In this document: one piece after another, positions 29,901 through 37,766 of the stretch
How the letters are laid out: every line of letters begins with the position of its first letter
How positions within the stretch are numbered: position 1 is the first letter of the stretch
Position numbers and translations under genes: made by a program
Source of the DNA: Minisyncoccota bacterium
GTDB taxonomy: Bacteria; Patescibacteriota; Minisyncoccia; Phycocordibacterales; CAIZLB01
DNA length: 64,000 bases
NCBI GenBank assembly: GCA_036405975.1
Contig: DASWWM010000013.1
Coordinates: 40,649 to 104,648 of the forward strand
Reading direction: 5' to 3'
Notes under the pieces: generated by a model
What the model was told of the DNA's origin: nothing
What the model saw: only the letters and a program-made list of their open reading frames with translations
The model's database searches: none

Positions 29901-32156
29901 ATGGATGCCGGAGTCATCGGAGACATTGCCGGAAATCAGTACTCAGGACTGGCCGCCTCATCATCGTGGGCGTTTACAACATCTGCTACGCCGACGCCTG
30001 CCACTCCAGGTTTGCCTGACCTGTCTGTGTCATCGGATACGGGAACATCAAGCACTGACAATATAACTTCTGATGCCACCCCGACATTCACAGGCTCTGT
30101 CTCTGCAAATGCACTCGTATACTTCTATCACGATACGAGCGTCCTGCTTGGCACGACTACCGCAAATGGATCAGGAAGCTATGCATTCACCGCAGGAGGT
30201 CTTGCTGACGGAACCTACGGTATAACCGCAGTGCAGGAGGTGCTTGGCATGAAGTCTGCGACTTCCTCGAGCCTTTCCGTGACTATCGATACGGCGGCAC
30301 CTGTGCTCGCCTTTGCTTCTCCTGTCGACGGCTCCACTTCCAATTCATGGAATCCATCAGTGAATTGGGGAGGATCGAACTCCTGTGCGTACTCAATCGA
30401 CGGGTCTGCTTTCATGCATTCGGCATGCGGTCAAAACGGATCGGACATTCCGTCTCCTGGAATCGGAAATCACGTGCTCGTAAGCAGGGGGACGGACACT
30501 GCCGGCAACAACGGATATGCGACATCGAGCTTTGCCCTTGCCGGCACTCCTCCCGCGATCTCCCAGGTCGCATCGACGACGGCTGTCACGACTGCGACAG
30601 TTTCCTGGACAACCGACATCCCTGCGACTTCGATTGTCCAGTATGGACTGACGACTGCATACGGGTCGACGACGAGTCTCGGCATCTCTACTTCCACCTC
30701 GCATTCAGTGGGCTTATCAGGATTGAGCCCTCTGACGCTCTATCATTTCCGAGTTCTTTCGGCTGATGAGTACGGACAGACATCGACTTCCTCAGGCTTC
30801 ACGTTTAGGACGGCCTCTATCGCCGTTCCTTCAACTCCGGACAGGCCGGATCTCGATACTGCTTCTGATACGGGCGTATCGAATACCGATAATGTAACGT
30901 CCGTAGTGACTCCGACATTCAACGGAACGTCGACTCCCGGAGCCCTCATTTACTTGTACGAGGCGATCGGAGGAACTTTGCTTGGCACGACTACGTCTGA
31001 CGGATCAGGGATATATTCGATTGTGTCCGCTCCGATGTCGAATGGCGTCAAGGGGATCGCCATTGTTCAGGAGTTGCTTGGGGTAAGGTCAGCTACCTCG
31101 ACCAGGCTTTCGGTGACCATTGATGCCGATATTCCAGCGCCATCAGTGAGCTCTCCCGCTGACGGATCAACCGTCAGCGCATGGAATCCTTCAATAGATT
31201 GGGGCGATGCAACAATCTGCGAATACTCTTTCGCGAGCTCGTCTTTCATGGCCGTGGACTGTTCGCTAAACGGGGCAGATATTCCGGATCCGGGAGAAGG
31301 GAGTCATTCATTCATCGTCAAGGCGACTGATCAGGCCGGAAACGAATTTCAGATTTACTTCATAGTGACGCTTCAGTTGCCGCCGATTGCAATACATGCG
31401 ATTGCCTCAAGTACCGCGACGACGTCGGCGCTCATTACGTGGTCGACAAACAACCTCTCCACTTCGGTCGTGCATTACGGAACGTCCTCCTCGTACGGGT
31501 CAACGACAAGTCTGGGCGCTACGGCTAGGAATTCACATTCTGTCGGTATTGGAGGATTGTTGCCGTCGACGCTATATTATTTCCAAATCCAATCAACCGA
31601 TCAGCACGGTCATTCAACGAGCACTGTCGGGCTTTCATTTATTACCAAGGACATCGCTTCTTCGTCGGGTCCTGGTCCGGAACCTGACCCAGGATCAGAC
31701 TCCGGTCTTAGTTCGACAAGGCCTTCTGGCATGCAGGATGGCGTCGGATACAATTTAGGATTCAGGTCGTATCCGACGCTGACTCCGGAAGAAATTCAGC
31801 GAATATTCGGCCTATATCTCTCTGCACAGGCGACATCAGCGATACCTGTGTCTGCCGCTCCGGCTGCCGCAGGCACTTCGTCGTCTGCTCCGTTGATTTA
31901 CGAGTTTAAAAGGGATTTGCGCGTTGGCCTTACGGGCAATGATGTAAAGGCTCTTCAGGTATTCCTTAACTCAAACGGATATTCCGTGTCTGCAAGCGGA
32001 GTGGGTTCAGCCGGAAATGAGACTTCATACTTCGGCCAGGCGACAAGAGCGGCACTTGCTCGGCTGCAGTCATCAAATGGCATACGGCCTGCAGTCGGCT
32101 ACTTCGGCCAGGTTACGCGTGCATTCGTCAACGGGCTCATGGGTATCGGCCGTTAG
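26961..32156 (+). CDS. Giant secreted surface protein: delta-60-like beta-propeller repeats, Ig-like and FN3-like domains, C-terminal peptidoglycan-binding domain
   Basis: Signal peptide; repeated QPDGKI..GGxFTxxNG...RLNxDGxxD; SDTG.S..DNITSD.TPTF Big repeats; FKRDL.VG.TG.DVKALQ.FLN; start could be 26931. Confidence 0.88.
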   Translation: MHPKKRKPNLAKRIASAVLIVALALPALFVSPQDAKAAVLEGSANAAYTLAMGRDKGFDGVVSKVISLSDGSFIAGGSFAAYNGQTARRLAKISASGTLDTDFNINLGTGLPTSNNVSDIALQPDGKLVIIGGFTTFNGVTTNRIMRLNADGTRDATFSIGTGLNEFPREVSVRSDGKIVVAGDFTSYNGTSINRIALLNADGSLDMAFRTALGTGPNALLTAAHVQPDRKIVISGNFTSVASTSVNRIARLNEDGSIDSAFVANVGAGIPSNAGAVITLSDGRILLGGSFTTFNGSSTARAVRLNSDGTINALFASGFNGSVYDFLELSNGQVMAAGVFSTYRGVTRRALVLMNEDLTADTAFSANIGSGFVGSDSVSSVIRLTDGSLVFAGGFSEVSARQMGNILKTDSAGVVDRDFDPNFGFGFNDHVRSAIQRPDGKIIYMGAFTRFSDESTRLNSAVEMLAQFDSANVLDTSFDTNIGTGFEGSSPLGGALQPDGKLVIMGGFTTFNGVTTNRIIRLNEDGTRDGSFIIGTGFNGSVSAVALQPDGKIIAGGNFTTYQGSSTARIARLNSDGSIDQTFRQNVGTGAPGTVSAIAVQSDGKIVLAGTFTTFNGVTVNRVVRLESDGTVDATFTSNAGTAFSSGGVAALALQSDGKILAVGSFTSYKGTSVGGVVRINSDGTSDADFNQNVGSGATGSGSASTVLVQRDGKVVVGGDFTVYKSVIRNRVVRLEANGTVDSTFSTNNGSGFNYAAYSLTLLNDNNILAGGNFTRSAGTYANRASLLLGPEMPPPDVPPPTDLDVSSDTGRSSVDNITSDTTPTFSGTASTSASVYLYGVATTTGLIGTATADGSGNYSVTSSPLADGTYSMVVVQELYGVRSATSSPINVTIDATAPSLFSLTPSNGATGVSVSSSLRIRLDESIATTSGTARLYRASDDFLVQSASTASSSVSIQSGHSLVFQPSQNLSYNTSYYVLMDAGVIGDIAGNQYSGLAASSSWAFTTSATPTPATPGLPDLSVSSDTGTSSTDNITSDATPTFTGSVSANALVYFYHDTSVLLGTTTANGSGSYAFTAGGLADGTYGITAVQEVLGMKSATSSSLSVTIDTAAPVLAFASPVDGSTSNSWNPSVNWGGSNSCAYSIDGSAFMHSACGQNGSDIPSPGIGNHVLVSRGTDTAGNNGYATSSFALAGTPPAISQVASTTAVTTATVSWTTDIPATSIVQYGLTTAYGSTTSLGISTSTSHSVGLSGLSPLTLYHFRVLSADEYGQTSTSSGFTFRTASIAVPSTPDRPDLDTASDTGVSNTDNVTSVVTPTFNGTSTPGALIYLYEAIGGTLLGTTTSDGSGIYSIVSAPMSNGVKGIAIVQELLGVRSATSTRLSVTIDADIPAPSVSSPADGSTVSAWNPSIDWGDATICEYSFASSSFMAVDCSLNGADIPDPGEGSHSFIVKATDQAGNEFQIYFIVTLQLPPIAIHAIASSTATTSALITWSTNNLSTSVVHYGTSSSYGSTTSLGATARNSHSVGIGGLLPSTLYYFQIQSTDQHGHSTSTVGLSFITKDIASSSGPGPEPDPGSDSGLSSTRPSGMQDGVGYNLGFRSYPTLTPEEIQRIFGLYLSAQATSAIPVSAAPAAAGTSSSAPLIYEFKRDLRVGLTGNDVKALQVFLNSNGYSVSASGVGSAGNETSYFGQATRAALARLQSSNGIRPAVGYFGQVTRAFVNGLMGIGR
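27321..27397 (+). repeat. 77-bp intragenic direct repeat, copy 1 (copy 2 at 28443-28519)
   Basis: gcattgcagccggacggcaag...aacaggatcat, identical except ata/atg. Confidence 0.9.
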
Positions 32157-32159
32157 CTA

Positions 32160-33356
32160 TTATCTGAACTCAAGCCAGCTTCTTGTTCCTGAAGCTGATA
32201 TGTTCTCGATATTTTTCAATAGCCGAGCCCTGTTCGCTTCGGTTGGAATGCTCACTCTTGAGCCGATGCTTGAGAAGGGAATGACGGAATATCTGGGTGC
32301 AGCATAGGCACCTTTTTCCTTTTTGAACTCAATCGAGAGGGCGATGCCATGCGTAGTATCGAATGAGAAATACTGATCGAATATGAAATTTCCAAGAGAA
32401 TAGAATATTGGAACGGCCCGGCCATTCGTTGTTTGCTCTTCTGCCATCTGTCCGTTGGCGTCGGCGTTCATCGCTGCGTATTGTTCAATCCGCTGCACTG
32501 TATGTGCATGTCCGCCGATGACTGCATCTGCGCCTGCATCGGCCCATGCCTGTGCGAGGGATCGCTGCTTAGCTGTCGGTTGCGCTTTGTATTCGAGACC
32601 CCAGTGAGGATAGACCACGAGGTACTGGACGCTTGGGCGAAGCGCGCGGATTTCTTCGATAATTCTCTGATCGTTTGCAAAGCCGAACTCATTCCATCCT
32701 ACCAGTCCGATGCAGAAATCCGCGCGCGGACATGTAGTGGTCGAGACCATGACGCTGTTCATGTAGCTGCCGAAGAACTGAACGCCTGCCGCTGATAGAT
32801 TTGCCCGTGTCTGATTGAGCCCGTCCTGTCCGAAGTCGAGAGCGTGATTGTTTGCAAGGCTTACGACATCGATGCCGGCGTCTTTGAGCGCGGGACCCGT
32901 CTTGTCGCTGAATGTGAACTGAAAGCCCGGAATCGCCTTATTGTTCGGAAGGACAAGCTTGGAAGGGTATCGAGTGATTGACCCCTCAAGGTTTCCGATG
33001 ACAGTGTCGTGCTGGCTGAATGTGGTGGTCGCTGGCCCGAACACATAGTCGAAGCCTCTGGTATTAATGACAGACCGGACTCCTCGGTCAAGCATGATAT
33101 CTCCGACAAATAAGACCTTCACCGTATTTTCATCTGTGCCGGTGTATCCTGAGGGCGCAGTTGATGAGCCGGTAGCATTTCCGGCCGGCTTATTCGCAAC
33201 GGCCGACCGGGCGCTAGCAGCCTGTTCAGCGGGCATAAGCAGGGAGGGAAGATGGCTGTGCAGGCCATAGGACAAAAGGCCGGCAAGGGCCAGCAGGCCT
33301 AGAGCTTGCGCGGTATGGTATAATGCACGGGTATTAGCAGGATTGTTTAACTTCAT
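32160..33356 (-). CDS. CapA/PGA_cap-family metallophosphoesterase-like protein
   Basis: VGDIMLDRGV, GNLEG, LANNHALDFG, HWGLEY, GGHAHTVQ, YSLGNFIFDQ. Confidence 0.92.
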   Translation of the reverse strand: MKLNNPANTRALYHTAQALGLLALAGLLSYGLHSHLPSLLMPAEQAASARSAVANKPAGNATGSSTAPSGYTGTDENTVKVLFVGDIMLDRGVRSVINTRGFDYVFGPATTTFSQHDTVIGNLEGSITRYPSKLVLPNNKAIPGFQFTFSDKTGPALKDAGIDVVSLANNHALDFGQDGLNQTRANLSAAGVQFFGSYMNSVMVSTTTCPRADFCIGLVGWNEFGFANDQRIIEEIRALRPSVQYLVVYPHWGLEYKAQPTAKQRSLAQAWADAGADAVIGGHAHTVQRIEQYAAMNADANGQMAEEQTTNGRAVPIFYSLGNFIFDQYFSFDTTHGIALSIEFKKEKGAYAAPRYSVIPFSSIGSRVSIPTEANRARLLKNIENISASGTRSWLEFR

Positions 33357-33362
33357 AAAACT

Positions 33363-33920
33363 ATGTCTCCAGTATACATTTTATTGATAATAGCGGCGGT
33401 TCTCGTCCTCTGGGTTGTATTCAGTTATAACTCTTTCGTCCGATTAGTAAATAGGACGAAAGAGGCATGGGCGGACATCGAGGTCCAGCTCAAGAGGCGA
33501 TACGATCTCATTCCGAACCTCGTGAATACGGTAAAGGGGTATGCGTCTCATGAAAGCGGCACCTTCGAGAAGGTTACTGCAGCCCGAGTCTCTGCCATGT
33601 CCGCAAACACTCCTGCGGAACACTCTAAGGCTGAAGGGGAGCTTACCGGAGCCCTTAAGTCGCTTTTTGCGGTATCCGAGGCATATCCTGACCTCAAGGC
33701 CAATGTGAACTTCCTCGAACTCCAGCGAGAGCTATCTGACACTGAGAATAAGATTCAGGCCGCTCGACGATTCTACAATGCGAATGTGCGAGACCTTGCG
33801 ATCGCAATCGAGTCATTCCCTGGAAATGTCATCGCCTCAATCTTCAAATTCAAGAAGATGGATCTCTTTGACCTTGCCGACAATGATGTCGCGCAGCAGA
33901 ACGTGGAAGTTAAGTTCTAG
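33363..33920 (+). CDS. lemA: LemA family protein
   Basis: QLKRRYDLIPNLVNTVKGY, EAYPDLKA, ENKIQAARRFYN. Confidence 0.96.
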   Translation: MSPVYILLIIAAVLVLWVVFSYNSFVRLVNRTKEAWADIEVQLKRRYDLIPNLVNTVKGYASHESGTFEKVTAARVSAMSANTPAEHSKAEGELTGALKSLFAVSEAYPDLKANVNFLELQRELSDTENKIQAARRFYNANVRDLAIAIESFPGNVIASIFKFKKMDLFDLADNDVAQQNVEVKF

Positions 33921-33974
33921 CGCTTGCTCAGCAAGTTGTGACATCGCTCCTGTCGGACTGCGAGCGCCGTATCT

Positions 33975-34274
33975 CTAATCTTTCGAAAAGTAAAACCTTC
34001 GGCTGTAAATGAGTGTGAGTCCGAGAGTGATGAGCGTGGAAATGACTGAAAGGCCGCCGAGCTTCTCGCTGATGATCTGCTGGTCTGCGACTCCTGTCGA
34101 GGACATGATCACGAGTCCGACTATCATCACGAGAATGCTGACGATGTTGTTGTAGAAGAAGAACAGGCCGATATTGATAGGCCAGACGCCGAATCTGCTG
34201 ACGAAATCAGGGTAATGAATTCCGTTCTTATCTGTTCCGTTTGCCTGATCATCCTGTCTGTTTTCTTGTTGCAT
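33975..34274 (-). CDS. Small hypothetical membrane protein (2 TM)
   Basis: Two hydrophobic segments; TATAAT 6 nt before ATG on the minus strand. Confidence 0.6.
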   Translation of the reverse strand: MQQENRQDDQANGTDKNGIHYPDFVSRFGVWPINIGLFFFYNNIVSILVMIVGLVIMSSTGVADQQIISEKLGGLSVISTLITLGLTLIYSRRFYFSKD

Positions 34275-34280
34275 ACACGT

Positions 34281-34290
34281 ATTATATAAT
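34281..34290. promoter_or_regulatory. Palindromic bidirectional -10 element
   Basis: ATTATATAAT is its own reverse complement and lies between divergent starts 34274 and 34305. Confidence 0.65.
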
Positions 34291-34304
34291 CAATTCTGAA
34301 CCAT

Positions 34305-35228
34305 ATGGCAACTCTATACACCCATCAATCCAAAAATGTTACGAAGACCTGGCTTCTCATGGGAGTCTTTCTGGCTCTCATTGCAGCTGTCGGATATTTC
34401 GGAAGCTACTACTATGGCAATCCAGGAATCTTCTACATTGCAATTTTCATCAGCGTCGCGATGAATATCACGGGCTACTGGTTCTCAGACAAGATCGCCT
34501 TGAGCATGTCAGGTGCAAAGCCTGTTGATCCCGAAAAGAGTTCCGATCCTGCACGAGACAGGGAGCTTGTCCGCATGGTCGAGAATCTCTCCATTACGGC
34601 AGGGTTGCCGGTGCCGGCCATTTATATAATAGAAGACCCGGCACCGAATGCCTTTGCGACCGGCAGAAACAAGGAGCATGCGGCGGTTGCCGTGACCACC
34701 GGCCTTCTCGCACTCCTCGACAAGTCGGAGCTCGAAGGCGTCATCGCTCACGAGCTTGCCCATATCGGAAACAGGGACACTCTCATTGCCACGGTTGTTG
34801 TCATTCTCGTCGGTATCGTCAGCATCCTCTCTGACATCATGCTTCGCTCGACAATCTACGGCAATAGGAGCGATGACAATAAGGCAGGGGGCGTCCTTGC
34901 GATCATCGGCATCGTCCTGCTCATCCTTTCTCCGCTCTTTGCTACCATGCTTCAGCTTGCCATCTCGCGAAGAAGGGAATATGTGGCTGATGCCACCGGG
35001 GCGCTCCTTACGAGGTATCCGGAAGGGCTTGCGTCCGCACTTCAGAAGATCACTGGCTATGCAGAGCGCGGAGGACAACCGCTTGCCCGGGCATCAGACG
35101 CGACGGCTCATCTTTTCATCTCAAACCCGTTCGGAGCCAAAGCGTTAAACGGTCTGCATAAGCTTTTCATGACGCATCCGCCTGCTGAAAAGAGGATAGC
35201 TGCTCTTCGGGGGATGGACATCAAGTAG
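34305..35228 (+). CDS. htpX: Zinc metalloprotease HtpX (M48)
   Basis: PNAFATGR, HELAH, SRRREY.AD, THPP. Confidence 0.95.
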   Translation: MATLYTHQSKNVTKTWLLMGVFLALIAAVGYFGSYYYGNPGIFYIAIFISVAMNITGYWFSDKIALSMSGAKPVDPEKSSDPARDRELVRMVENLSITAGLPVPAIYIIEDPAPNAFATGRNKEHAAVAVTTGLLALLDKSELEGVIAHELAHIGNRDTLIATVVVILVGIVSILSDIMLRSTIYGNRSDDNKAGGVLAIIGIVLLILSPLFATMLQLAISRRREYVADATGALLTRYPEGLASALQKITGYAERGGQPLARASDATAHLFISNPFGAKALNGLHKLFMTHPPAEKRIAALRGMDIK

Positions 35229-35309
35229 TTCGAGTCAGCAAAGGCTCGTCACTCTCGTTCATATTCTCCTTGGCAGGGCTTCATGTCGCTGTGATATAAT
35301 TTCATGGTC

Positions 35310-35966
35310 ATGAATATCAAACAACACGCAATAGAATTCTTTGCAACTTTCTTACTCACTCTGGCAATTTTCGCATCCTTGCTGGTCGCAGGAGGCATTA
35401 CCACTCCTTTGTCCGCCGGCATCATGCTGGGCCTCCTGGCATTCATGCTCGGATCCCTCACATGCCTGCATGTGAATCCTGCAGTCACCGTCGCGCTTCT
35501 GGCATTCAAGAAGATCGCACCAAAAGATGCCGCTTTCCATATCCTTGCACAGTTTGCAGGTGCCGCTTTCGCGATGCTCCTTGTCCGGACATCGGGCTCG
35601 GTCTCAGCCTTTGTGGAGCAGCCTGTATTCGACTGGCACACGGCACTTGCTGAGTTCGTCGGAACGTTCTTCTTTGCCTTCGGAATCGCATCGGTGGTAT
35701 TCAAGCCTGCACCGGCTGCTGACCAGGTTTCAGAGCCGGCAACCGACCTTACATTCCCATTCGTCATTGGCTCATCTCTTGCCATGGGCATCATGATTGC
35801 GAGCGGTCTCGGATCGACAGCGATGCTTAATCCTGCGGTGGCATTCGGTCTCGGTTCATTTACCCTTTCTTATGTACTTACGCCTATTGCAGGAGCCATC
35901 CTCGGCATGTGGCTTTACACGTATTTTGCGAAGCCTGCAAAAGCAGAAGTTCCAGTACAGAACTAG
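35310..35966 (+). CDS. Aquaporin / MIP channel
   Basis: HVNPAVT and LNPAV NPA motifs, six TMs, AEFVGTF; start 35304 or 35310. Confidence 0.9.
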   Translation: MNIKQHAIEFFATFLLTLAIFASLLVAGGITTPLSAGIMLGLLAFMLGSLTCLHVNPAVTVALLAFKKIAPKDAAFHILAQFAGAAFAMLLVRTSGSVSAFVEQPVFDWHTALAEFVGTFFFAFGIASVVFKPAPAADQVSEPATDLTFPFVIGSSLAMGIMIASGLGSTAMLNPAVAFGLGSFTLSYVLTPIAGAILGMWLYTYFAKPAKAEVPVQN

Positions 35967-35969
35967 CCC

Positions 35970-36545
35970 ATGAAGAAAACTCTCATCGTCACTGCCCATC
36001 CAAGCTCCAAAGGATTCACTCATAGGATCGCTGAGGCATACAAAAAAGGAAAGGAGTCAAAAGGCGACAGCGTCGAGATCCTGGACCTTTACAAGACCGA
36101 TCTCAAGCAAGACTTCCTTCGATACGAGGAACGAGCGGATATGGGCAATCCCGATCCGGTGCGAGATGCCATGCATGAGAAAATCACCGCAGCTGACAAC
36201 CTGGTCCTCATCCATCCTTTGTGGTGGATCGGAGCCCCGGCGATTCTCAAGAATTGGGTCGATGTAAATATCTCTGCGCGCTATGCATTTCATTATGAAA
36301 AAGGCCGGCCTGTAGGGCATATGAAGGGAAAGACAGCCAGCGTCTTTATTACATGCGATGGCGCATTCTGGCTCTACGGACTCATCGCATTCCCGTTCAT
36401 CACCATCTGGCGGTTCGGCATCCTAGGTCTTTGCGGATTCAAGGTCCAGAACATAAAAGTGCTCTTCCAGAAGTTCAAGGCGACTGAGGCTAAGCAGGAT
36501 GCATTCTTGAGAAAAGTCGAGTCGCTTGCCCGAAGAAAGTCATAG
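35970..36545 (+). CDS. NAD(P)H-dependent oxidoreductase, flavodoxin-2 (KefF/MdaB-like)
   Basis: AHP...FT, LDLY, HPLWW.GAPAILKNWVD. Confidence 0.88.
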   Translation: MKKTLIVTAHPSSKGFTHRIAEAYKKGKESKGDSVEILDLYKTDLKQDFLRYEERADMGNPDPVRDAMHEKITAADNLVLIHPLWWIGAPAILKNWVDVNISARYAFHYEKGRPVGHMKGKTASVFITCDGAFWLYGLIAFPFITIWRFGILGLCGFKVQNIKVLFQKFKATEAKQDAFLRKVESLARRKS

Positions 36546-36552
36546 CATCCAT

Positions 36553-37122
36553 ATGCCGAATTCTCCCAAGAAAATAATCCTGTTGTTGGCGGTCCTGGTG
36601 GCCATTGCTGCACTTGTGTATTTTGCATATGTGCAGTTTGTATCGAATCAGTCTGGCCAGATTGATCAGCGTGGTACAACGGGACAAGTTCTGGACCGGG
36701 AAAGGGACGCGAATGGCGAGCTTTCTTTGGCAACGCTCCTGCCTGCTGCCGATCGAAGCGCTGCAAGTCTCAGCATTCGGTCTGGGCAAGGAGTGACTGC
36801 ATTGGAAGTCGATGTCGTCAACACTGAGCAGTCACAGGCGCAAGGTCTCTCTGGAAAGGAAACCCTGGGCGGCAAAGGGATGCTCTTCGCATTCAGGCAG
36901 CCTGGCTCGTACTCTCTCTGGATGAAGGACATGCTTTTTCCGCTCGATATGATCTGGATCGACCGGTCAGGATACATCGTGCATATCGAGAAAGACGTTT
37001 CCCCTGAAAGCTATCCTAAGCCATTCTCACCCCCGGTTGAGTCACAGTTCATCATAGAGGTATCGGCGGGCTTCGCTCAGTTTTTCAACATATCAGTGGG
37101 CGACAAGGTCACCGTGAAATAA
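36553..37122 (+). CDS. DUF192 family membrane-anchored protein
   Basis: GLSG, GMLF, WMKDMLFPLDMIWID, IEVSAG, GDKV. Confidence 0.9.
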   Translation: MPNSPKKIILLLAVLVAIAALVYFAYVQFVSNQSGQIDQRGTTGQVLDRERDANGELSLATLLPAADRSAASLSIRSGQGVTALEVDVVNTEQSQAQGLSGKETLGGKGMLFAFRQPGSYSLWMKDMLFPLDMIWIDRSGYIVHIEKDVSPESYPKPFSPPVESQFIIEVSAGFAQFFNISVGDKVTVK

Positions 37123-37173
37123 TGACAGCCCTCGAGCATTCTGTGCCGTGCCTTTCTCGGATAGCTTAAAAGA

Positions 37174-37206
37174 GAACGGGCCGCTCCGGTTAGGAGCGGC
37201 CCGTTC
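37174..37206. terminator. Hairpin between convergent DUF192 gene and rnpB
   Basis: gaacgggccgctcc-ggtta-ggagcggcccgttc. Confidence 0.7.
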
Positions 37207-37212
37207 ATGTTT

Positions 37213-37679
37213 GGTTGTGCCTATAAGCCGAATTCTGTGCCCGCGTCGCGTGCCGGCCGAAACCGGACCTTCGCGGGCGATAGCAATTTATCTGGGCCTC
37301 ATGTTGCCATGGGGCTCGAGCGACTCTCCATGTCTCGCATGAGCGGGACTAGGCGCGGTCTTGCACTCGGATAAGGATTTTGCCGTTTCACCACGCGCTT
37401 GCTTGTACATGTATACGCATGTTCATCTGATGTACCAGATGCGCATGCCCTTGCGGGGATGCGCGTCACTGCTCGCACCTCTTGGCTTGCGCCAGACGGG
37501 AATTACCCGCTACCTGCTTCTCATGCTTTGCATTCTCGATCGGAGATGTCCCGATGCCTTGCGGCTTTGGACATGTGATCGAAAAGAGGGAATATGAGAG
37601 AGTGTTCGGACTTTCCTCCGCTTCCGTTCGTACTCCATACGGAGCCGTTTCCGGCAAGCAGTAGCTATCCGACACAACA
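37213..37679 (-). ncRNA. rnpB: RNase P RNA
   Basis: Minus strand has GAGGAAAGTCC near the 5' end and ACAGAATTCGGCTTAT near the 3' end; P1 gttgtg/cacaac; TGGTATAAT promoter at 37685-37693. Confidence 0.93.
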
Positions 37680-37766
37680 TATATATTATACCATGATTTT
37701 TATTTTATAACAAATTACTGTAGAATAGGCATATATTTCAAGGCAAAACGGGAATATCAACCAAAC

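Noticed and set aside
27056-31249. Series of long antisense ORFs inside the giant surface gene (also in gene 1, typA and rpoB)
   Set aside because: Shadow frames caused by codon bias of the real genes; no independent motifs
32160-33356. Poly-gamma-glutamate capsule operon
   Set aside because: capB and capC are absent here; stand-alone CapA domains are common
37148-37675. Short ORFs in the DUF192-murJ interval
   Set aside because: Region is the RNase P RNA gene
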